A program made the position numbers and the translations under genes. The notes below the pieces were generated by a model. It was not told the origin of the DNA. It was given only the letters and a program-made list of their open reading frames with translations, and made no database searches. 18,228 bases of DNA from Octopus sinensis (Eukaryota), in assembly GCF_006345805.1 (NCBI RefSeq), contig NW_021824548.1, forward strand, positions 1-18,228. Direction: 5' to 3'. Each line of letters begins with the position of its first letter. Positions within the stretch are counted from its first letter, which is position 1. Shown here in pieces: positions 10,606-18,228 of this stretch.

Positions 10606-11082
10606 TGCATTTGATTTTTTAATGTCTCTACCCTCATACTTTCTTGGGTTGAATTGAGCAAGCACTATATGAGAGGTTTTCTTTAGTGTTAGAAATAGTT
10701 TTTTTAGCTGCTATTTCTAACGAGTTCAGTATGCGGCAAAGTAATTTATTTTACTAAGCCCTTTTATATAATGTAATAATTTGAATTTGCCTTAAATGGT
10801 CCCTTTGCATACTGAATACTTGGTGAAATTGATTAATTAATTAATTAATTTTACCCTCAATTGTTGAAATTATAATTCATCTCTCTCTACTTAATTGTCT
10901 TGGATTTTACCGAAAAAAAGCATAGTGTTTGCTGATTTTAACCCACGCTGGTGGAAAGGGGAGAACAGAAATTTTTCTCTTGCATATTTGAGTTAGCTAG
11001 CACTGTTAGTTGGGAACAGATCTTCAGAAGCGATAACAAGCCGAAAGGTATGCTCCCATTTTCAGTGTTTTCAAACTCAAAC

Positions 11083-11154
11083 AAGGGCATTCTGAGCTGA
11101 TGAGAGAAGGGTCGAATTTGGCTAATCTTGAAACGTACGTACTCAAATAACCTT
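11083..11154 (+). ncRNA. Type I hammerhead ribozyme (copy 16)
   Basis: CUGAUGA 11097, GAAA 11130, cleavage after 11141. Confidence 0.87.
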
Positions 11155-11634
11155 TGCATTTGATTTTTTTAATGTCTCTACCCTCATACTTTCTTGGGTT
11201 GATTGAGCAAGCACTATATGAGAGAGGTTTTCTTTAAGTGTTAGAAATAGTTTTTTTAGCTGCTATTTCTAACGAGTTCAGTATGCGGCAAAGTAATTTA
11301 TTTTACTAAGCCCTTTTATATAATGTAATAATTTGAATTTGCCTTAAATGGTCCCTTTGCATACTGAATACTTGGTGAAATTGATTAATTAATTAATTAA
11401 TTTTACCCTCAATTGTTGAAATTATAATTCATCTCTCTCTACTTATTGTCTTGGATTTTACCGAAAAAAAGCATAGTGTTTGCTGATTTTAACCCACGCT
11501 GGTGGAAAGGGGAGAACAGAAATTTTTCTCTTGCATATTTGAGTTAGCTAGCACTGTTAGTTGGGAACAGATCTTCAGAAGCGATAACAAGCCGAAAGGG
11601 TATGCTCCCATTTTCAGTGTTTTCAAACTCAAAC

Positions 11635-11703
11635 AAGGGCATTCTGAGCTGATGAGAGAAGGGTCGATTTGCTAATCTTGAAACGTACGTACTCAAATAC
11701 CTT
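11635..11703 (+). ncRNA. Type I hammerhead ribozyme (copy 17)
   Basis: CUGAUGA 11649, GAAA 11680, cleavage after 11691; deletions in distal stem II. Confidence 0.8.
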
Positions 11704-11869
11704 TGCATTTGATTTTTTAATGTCTCTACCCTCATACTTTCTTGGGTTGAATTGAGCAAGCACTATATGAGAGAGGTTTTCTTAGTGTTAGAAATAGTTT
11801 TTTTAGCTGCTATTTCTAACGAGTTCAGTATGCGGCAAAGTAATTTATTTTACTAAGCCCTTTTATATA

Positions 11870-11884
11870 ATATATATAAATATA
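11870..11884 (+). repeat. Candidate right target-site duplication ATATATATAAATATA
   Basis: Identical to 1043-1057. Overlaps the last array bases by 2 nt (the unit continues TAATG, the genome continues TAATA). Confidence 0.6.
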
Positions 11885-12720
11885 TATATATATATATGTG
11901 CATATGTACACATATCTAATGATACCCATACACAAACCAACACATGTATATACCGATATGTATGCGTCCGTACAAGTTCACCAAAGTTCATGTGTATACA
12001 CACCTGTTTTCATATGCATACATACATACGTCCACACACGAGCACGAGTGCACATAAGTACATATATAAACACACCCAGATTTATAAACATACACAAATA
12101 CATATATGCCCCCACATGCACAGAAACTTGTACACACATTTACATGTATACACACACGTGCATACGTATCCTTATGCACTCGAACAAAGAGGTACTAAAT
12201 ATATATATATATATATATATAGATATATATATATATATAAATACACACATACATACATAGATATACATACACACATATATATACACACACACATATATAT
12301 ATATATATAAATACACACATACATACATATACATACACACATATATATATACACACATATATATATATATATATACAAACATACATACATACATATACAT
12401 ACACACATATATATACACACACATATATATATATATATATATAAATACACACATACATACATACATATACATACACACATATATATACACACATATATAT
12501 ATATATATATAAATACACACATACATACATACATATACATACACACATATATATACACACATATATATATATATATACACGCATCCATACAAACATATAT
12601 ATACACACACACAACTACACGCACACACATAGACACACTCACATGGACATATATGCCCATATACGTATATACACACGTGTGCACGAATATGTGTACATTT
12701 GCGCAGGTACATACTTCCAC
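11885..12720. repeat. Degenerate TA/CA/TACA simple-repeat region
   Basis: Low-complexity purine-pyrimidine alternation throughout; it explains the Y/I/C/V/H/T-rich ORFs in the track. Confidence 0.9.
12239..12578 (+). repeat. Minisatellite, 5 copies of 66-70 bp built from microsatellite blocks
   Basis: Units start AAATACACACATACATAC or a variant at 12239, 12309, 12377, 12443 and 12511, and each ends in (AT)n. Confidence 0.85.
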
Positions 12721-12775
12721 GCTAGTGTACGTGTAACTCTCGAAATATACAGATCTCCACACCATATATATATTT

Positions 12776-13077
12776 CGAGGCGCAAAGGCCGAGTAGTTAG
12801 GGCCGCAGACTCGCGGTCGTAGGATCGCGGTTTCGATTGCAGTCCGGGCATTGTAAGTGTTTATTGAGCGAAAACACCTGAAGCTTCAGGAGGCTCCGGC
12901 AAGGGATGGTGGCGATCCCTGCTGTACTCTTTCGCCACAACTTTCCCTCACACTTTCTTCTCTTTGTTTCTCGCTTAGCCAGTGGGGTGGCGTCATTTGA
13001 AGGGTAAAACAATGCGAAGTGCATTGTGACCAACGATGTGTAGCAACATCTGTTAGCCTGGTCGCTCACGGTGATAT
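12776..13077 (+). mobile_element. tRNA-derived SINE (head resembles tRNA-Arg), with 3' stem-loop and (AT)n tail
   Basis: A-box-like AGGCCGAGTAGTTAGG (~12786), B-box-like GGTTTCGATTGC (~12829), GC-rich body, 3' hairpin TGACCA..GATGT-gtagca-ACATC..TGGTCG. Possible TSD ATATATATATTT at 12764-12775 and 13078-13089. Resembles octopus SINEs from recall. Confidence 0.8.
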
Positions 13078-14006
13078 ATATATATATTTTTATACATACA
13101 TATAAAGTGATGTCTGCATTGCTAATGTAAATGTTCTTATATCCTCTTTGAATATTGTTTAGAATTGATAACTCACCTTTAACTCATTACTTTTTTACCT
13201 TATATTTTTTCCAGTTTATTCCTTATATTTTTCTCCATAAAACACATTTTAAAAATTCGATTATCAAAATGCTAATTTATTTATTCGTGCAATCCCAATA
13301 ATATTTTCACACACACCTTTGCTCCACCCTAAACTAATTTTCTCCCTCAAGTGTCATTTCCCACGGAAATTGGGAGACATTTTTCCTTTATTTATTTAAC
13401 TATACTCTTAATAGTGAAGATCAGCAACCTAGTCTTACCAAGGACTAATTAACATTAATTTCAAATGTTTTGACCAGATGTTTTAAAATGTTTGTCTTGT
13501 TTTATATTTTACCATACCACCATTTCTGATTCATTGGTATTATTTATGCTTGTTGTCCACCATATTATGAATAAATTTTGATTTATTATAATTTCATTAC
13601 ATATATTCATGCACGCATTAATTTCATTAAATATATTCAAACATGTATTAATTTCAGTATTCATTTACTCTGTTATATTTAGAGCTTTTCGTTTTTCTCT
13701 CAGACAGAAACTAATAGCATGTTTCAAGCCCAACTATAATCATGCTTGAAACATTTAAAATATCCACGCAATTTTTGTCTTGCCCATAGCTTTACGAATA
13801 TACCACAGTCGCGACATATTGGAAGGTAGCTCAAGATACCCTGCATTTGTCGGTCAACAATTAAGTATTTGTCGGTCAAAGATAAACCAAAACGTGCCAT
13901 GTGAGACTAATGAAAGTTTGATTTCTTGAGGACAAAAATCCCAAATATAGTGAATTGGAAACATTACAGATAATTATGCTTTCATTGATACTATTATAGG
14001 AATTTC

Positions 14007-14257
14007 AAGTGCAGTGAGCTGGCAGTACCGTTAGCACGCTGGATGAAATGCTTAGCAGTATTTCATCTGCCGCAAAGTTCTGAGTTCTAATTCCGCCGAG
14101 GTAGTTTTTGCCTCTCATTCTTTCGGGATATATAAATTTAGTACCAGTGAAACACAGGGAGCATAAATTAAGTACCAATGAAACAATGAGGTAAGTTAAA
14201 TCGACTACCCGCCCACCAAAAAAAAAATATTCAGGCCTTGTGCCTCTAACAGAGAGG
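14007..14257 (+). mobile_element. Full-length tRNA-derived SINE with 14-bp TSD
   Basis: A-box-like TGGCAGTACCGTTAG (14020), hairpin GATGAAATGCT-tagc-AGTATTTCATC (14042-14067), B-box-like GTTCTAATTCC (14084-14094), central TTGCCTCTCATTCTTTCGGG..ATAAATTTAGTACCAG motif of a type shared by many metazoan SINEs (recall). Exact TSD ATTATAGGAATTTC at 13993-14006 and 14258-14271. Confidence 0.9.
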
Positions 14258-14398
14258 ATTATAGGAATTTCTTTCAAAATATAAGAAATAGTATATACAC
14301 TACGTTGAATTAGCATTGGTAATATTGAAATTACTGATTTTGAATTTGGACATCATTCAGGTATTGAAAACAAAACAGAGGAGATGGAATTTCTACGT

Positions 14399-15140
14399 CT
14401 AATTATCTTGGCGAATTAAAGTATTTGTCAGATACTTTGACAGCTCAAAACATAGGCAACGCTTCTTGCCTCTCATTTCCAAAGAGGATAATCCCTTGAA
14501 TAACAAGTATTATTGCGAAATTATAGAAAGCGAAATTTGGATTTAATATATCTCAAATTAATGGTGCTCAATATTATTGTCATAATATTAATGGAATTTT
14601 CGTAAGTTTAACTTGAAGGCATCCTATAAGTGAATGGCGATACTTCAGAGACGCAGCATTGCGGGAATTAAAAGCTGTTTTACTCTATAATGGAGATTTA
14701 ATACCAGCTGTACCCATCGCGCGTTCTGGAAATTTAAAAAGAAACTTAAGTTACCGTGGAGATCATTTTAAGTGAATTAAAATAAATTAAGCGCAATTGC
14801 GTGTATAAGGAGATTTTTAAATAAGTGACGTTATTGGATATGCTATTGAGATTCATCAAGCAATGTTACTGTCCTTGTTTGTGAGTTGTGCTATAATAAA
14901 GCATTCTAACAAATGATAATCGTTAAATATTTATTCATATACATCTGCTGATTATAACATTTGATTTAATAGCATTCATTAAATCAGTCTCTGATACAGC
15001 CAATATGCTTTTGCCACTCATTTCAGTAAGCATTGTTTAATAAAGACACTTCTTAGAGAAATGACTGAATATTAACTCAATTGCATTACCATTTCTCTTA
15101 GAAATACTTCCGATATTAAATGCTCGAAATGAATTCAAAT
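14399..15140 (+). pseudogene. Degenerate DNA-transposon transposase, Chapaev(3)-like (CMC superfamily)
   Basis: Manual translation across frameshifts and stops: ATLLASHFQ...YRKRNLDL / YCHNINGIFVSL*RHPISEWRYFRDAALRELKAVLLYNGDLIPAVPIARSGNLK / ET*VTVEIILSELK* / RV*GDF* / FIKQCYC..CE. This matches the recalled motif order AELLASRL, YC.DV.GL, EWRLFIDSSKRSLKAVLLHNGN..PSIP.AHS..LKETY, CGDLK, YTKYCCFLCE. First catalytic Asp codon at 14650-14652. Similarity beyond ~14890 is weaker. Confidence 0.75.
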
Positions 15141-15285
15141 GCTAACATAAATGATATAAATACACACACATATGTCATTGTATGGAAAAAAAATTATAAC
15201 ATTCTTCTGACATAATGACTCAAATATATATTTTTTAACCTTTTAAAACAAGCCTTCTGTAGTTTTTTCACTTTTTACTATTTTC

Positions 15286-15470
15286 TATATATATATATAT
15301 ACGTACTCTATGAGATGATCATCATTAAAAAGTATGTAACGCGTAAGAGCAAGACAATAATGATAACTGGAAACGTCACACACACACATGCACACAAACA
15401 TAAGCACACGTTTGTGTGTGTGTGTGTGTTGTGTGTGTGTGTGTGTGTGTGCGTGTGTGCGTGTGTGTGC
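15286..15470. repeat. (TA)n, (CA)n and (TG)n microsatellites
   Basis: (TA)n 15286-15301, (CA)n ~15376-15395, (TG)n 15411-15470. Confidence 0.93.
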
Positions 15471-15489
15471 AGTGAGAATGAGTGAATTA

Positions 15490-16225
15490 AAAAGATAATC
15501 ATAGGAAAATTGAAACAAATCCGGAGATCTGGTGAGATAAGAGGCTATGTGTTTGGGAAAGTATGATCTTGGAGACTGACATGAGTTCACGCTTGTGTTG
15601 TTCTAGACTTAATGGGGCGGCTGTGTGAGTAGCGGCATTTTCTTTTAAATTTTGTGTAACAAAATGTGAGGTTATTGTATCATAACACTTGCTGGGAACT
15701 TATTATGCGTGACTGTTGGTACCACATTCGGTTCTCTGTATATCCACTTGTCTTTCGGTTTACCTTTTGGCTGTAATCAAAACGTTCCTCATCAGAGAAA
15801 AAAACAGAGCATTCCTCTCTCTTGCTATTTTCACTTCTGCGGCAAACGCTTTGCATAGATTTACTCTCTTTCCCTTGTCATATCCGATAAAAACTAACTC
15901 CTACTCGATTAACACTGGATATCTTCACGCAAAACTCTTCCCATGGAGAATTCTGAAGATTTGAGGTCCTTTGAAATGATTTCAAGTGATTTTACTGATT
16001 ATTTCTTGATATTTTGGGGCGAAGTTATGCGTTGTAACGGCATTTGAAGTTTCTGTTTGAGTTTTCCATTTGGTTGCTGATGTTTTAATACTTTTCAGCA
16101 ACTTCTAGCTCCATTTGAAATATGACAACGTTTTCAAGAGTGACCTGTGCGTCAGTATTTTGCACTTCTAAGGCAACCATTACAGTGTGCTTTTTTAGTT
16201 GATAAGTCAACAAAGTGGTTGACAT
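15490..16225 (-). pseudogene. Degenerate IS630-Tc1-mariner transposase, maT/DD37D-like
   Basis: ATG at 16225 (MSTTLLTYQLKKHTVMVAL). Across frameshifts: SMGRVLREDIQC*, FLSD, FFSDEERFDYSQKVNRK, DKWIYREPNVVPTVTHNKFPASVM, SHFVTQNLKENAA, KSRTTQA*, DHTFPNT*PLISPDL. The FFSDE, KFPASVM and SPDL motifs are typical of this family (recall). The segment around the second Asp appears deleted. Confidence 0.85.
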
Positions 16226-16319
16226 TATGTATCTGAAAATTAAGGTTTTTAAGTATAAATTGGAAGTTAATTCTCTGGAAACGGGTGTCCTTGTAAATCT
16301 CACTTATCCTTTGCATATA

Positions 16320-16434
16320 TAGATAAGTAGATAGGTAGATAGTTTGATAGATAGGTAGATAAATAAACAGATAGAATGATATATCTATATAAAGAGAGCG
16401 AGAAAGATAGGTAGATATAGAATTAGCTAGGTAT

Positions 16435-16506
<72 letters not shown>

Positions 16507-16523
16507 GTAGGTAGGTAGGTGGG

Positions 16524-16603
<80 letters not shown>

Positions 16604-16680
16604 GAAATAGAGAGAGAGGTTGGGAGATGGGTAGATAGAAAGTTATAGTGATAGATAAATAGGGAGATAGATAGTTAGAC

Positions 16681-16720
<40 letters not shown>
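16320..16720. repeat. (GATA)n/(GGTA)n/(GA)n compound microsatellite
   Basis: Long pure (AGAT)n runs at ~16436-16505 and ~16525-16602; (AG)n 16693-16720. Confidence 0.97.
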
Positions 16721-16724
<4 letters not shown>

Positions 16725-16875
16725 TGCTTAACTGGCCAACACTTCGAAGTTACAGCCATTACAGAATACTAAATTTGTTTTCTAACAGAAGTATTGAACA
16801 ACTCTTTTTAATGTAAAACTTTTTATTACAACATAAAACAGGTTTATATGTAGAAACAATTATACATATAAATGT

Positions 16876-16934
16876 GTATATATATATATATATATATATT
16901 TGCATATACATATATACATATATATTATATATAT

Positions 16935-16965
<31 letters not shown>

Positions 16966-16996
16966 CACACACACAGACACAGACATATATATATAT
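16876..16996. repeat. (TA)n-(ATG)9-(CA)n compound microsatellite
   Basis: (ATG)9 at 16935-16961; it gives the poly-Ser run of the minus-strand ORF. Confidence 0.93.
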
Positions 16997-17585
16997 CCAG
17001 ATAGGAATTAAAGAGTTACAAATACATACATATACATGAGCAAGAAGTGAGTGTTGGTGGGAAGCAAGAGAAAAGTACGGAAATTGAAGTTGGTTTTCAT
17101 ATATTTTCTGTCATCACCTATCTCAATCAAATCTGAAAATGTAATTTCTGTTTTTACTTCTCATGCCGTTTTCCATTTTACAAGCAATCTAATAGCAAAT
17201 GCAATAACACAAAAACAACAACTACAAAACTAAAACACTAGACAATATAAAATATTAAACCTACCATACTAAAGAAAATAGACAATATGTAGAATAACAC
17301 AACGAAGACAAAATTGCTATTAATAAATACATATTAGTTAAGTCCCGAAAATGAGATGCAGCTCTTCGTTGTTAAAATTCTCTTGGAAGTTGAAATAATT
17401 GCTAAATTGGAGCCCGCTATATCACGTATTGTATCATAATGATGGGCCATACTTATTAATATGTAACCTTTATAAACAAGCACATATGCACATATCATCT
17501 CTCACTAACGCTTTTAATTATGACTTTGATTTTTTTATATTTCTTTTTTTTCCAATAAAAGCAAGTAAATGCCTGCTAATCAATT

Positions 17586-17704
17586 ATATATATATATGAG
17601 TATATGTGTTTGTATTCATATAGAAATGTGTACATAGGTCTCGATAATATGCATATACATATGTGTGAGTGTGTATGTGTATGTGTGTGTCTCTCTTTCT
17701 ATAT

Positions 17705-17743
<39 letters not shown>

Positions 17744-17884
17744 CATACATATATGTACATATATGTATATATATGTGAATACACAAATATCTAACTATAT
17801 ATATATATGTGTGAGTGTGTGTGTGTGGGGTGCGTATGTGTGTGTCTGGACATATATATGCATGTGTATATATATATATATATA

Positions 17885-17938
<54 letters not shown>

Positions 17939-18175
17939 TATACATATATATGGATGTATATGTATGTATGTATGTATGTATGTAAGTATGTGTGTATGTA
18001 TAAATACATTGGCATAATCGATGCTTGTGTTTCAGGCTACGAAGGCAAACTGTACGCGAAAATATGTATCTGTCTCTGTCCCTGTGTGACTATATGAGTA
18101 TGCGGACGTGTGTGTGTGTGAGTGAGTTTGTGTGTGTGTGTGTGTGTGTGTGAGTGAGTGTGTGTGGTGTGTGTG
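17586..18175. repeat. (TA)n/(TG)n/(ATGT)n simple-repeat region
   Basis: Multiple runs, e.g. (TA)n ~17700-17740 and ~17890-17930, (TG)n ~18110-18175. Confidence 0.93.
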
Positions 18176-18228
18176 CGTCCTTGTAATTAGTAATGTTAAT
18201 GACTAAGAATATACGTATGCTATATTGT

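Larger units (their letters stand above)
1058..11871. mobile_element. Hammerhead-ribozyme concatemer, retrozyme-like (alternative: Penelope-like pLTR array), with an internal inversion
   Basis: ~550-bp non-coding unit with one type I hammerhead per unit, two divergent arms and a candidate 15-bp TSD. No RT ORF lies within it. The class assignment is inferred from known hammerhead-bearing tandem repeats. Confidence 0.7.
2454..11871 (+). repeat. Right arm of array: ~17.1 copies of the ~550-bp unit, ribozyme sense on + strand
   Basis: Seventeen GUA cleavage positions from 2912 to 11691, mean period 8779/16 = ~549 bp (range 542-557). Copies differ mostly by 1-2-nt indels. Confidence 0.98.

Noticed and set aside
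1187-11759. Recurring 60-114-aa ORFs in the array (MQRLFEYVRFK..., ...FELASTVSWEQIFR...)
   Set aside because: They are translations of the same repeat unit; starts, frames and ends change from copy to copy with indels, many rely on non-ATG starts, and I recognise no RT, GIY-YIG or other domain.
1058-11871. CRISPR array
   Set aside because: No unique spacers; the whole ~550-bp unit repeats, and the context is eukaryotic with no cas genes.
12739-12779. 11-bp inverted repeat CTCGAAATATA/TATATTTCGAG at the SINE 5' edge
   Set aside because: About half of it is AT-alternating sequence and it straddles the insertion boundary, so it is probably coincidental.
12778-12850. Functional tRNA gene
   Set aside because: No acceptor stem pairing and a 5-nt anticodon-like loop; it continues into a SINE body and tail.
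15725-15800. Hammerhead-like CUGAUGA-GG...CC-GAAA on the minus strand
   Set aside because: No U-H triplet with a pairing stem III; the motif is explained as the Ser-Asp-Glu codons (TCT GAT GAG) of the mariner-type FFSDE motif.
15855-15900. ELVFIGYDKGKRV resembling the DKG motif of Penelope-like RT
   Set aside because: The surrounding frames fit a maT-like transposase continuously, and no RT motifs follow.
17340-17440. Short open frames that could be a host exon
   Set aside because: No recognisable protein similarity or convincing splice-site pair; RNA-seq would be needed.

Overview
AT-rich eukaryotic non-coding DNA crowded with microsatellites. It is probably octopus: this is inferred from two tRNA-derived SINEs that resemble octopus SINEs as I recall them, and was not database-checked. 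No intact protein-coding gene is supported. About 60% of the window (1058-11871) is an array of a ~550-bp unit, ~19.7 copies in two divergent arms: ~2.5 copies on the - strand (1058-2456) and ~17.1 copies on the + strand (2454-11871), joined at a 3-nt AAG microhomology. Every unit carries a type I hammerhead ribozyme motif (stem I - CUGAUGA - stem II - GAAA - short palindromic stem III - GUA cleavage triplet - stem I'): 19 full-length motifs plus one truncated at the inversion. The rest of the unit folds extensively. The array sits in a (TA)n tract, flanked by an exact 15-bp direct repeat (candidate target-site duplication). Both arms are oriented as expected if the ribozyme-bearing RNA was reverse transcribed from both target ends. 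Best reading: a retrozyme-like (or Penelope pLTR-like) concatemer, possibly copied from a circular RNA. The right flank holds a 5-copy minisatellite, two SINEs with target-site duplications, and fossil Chapaev-like and maT-like (Tc1/mariner) transposases.
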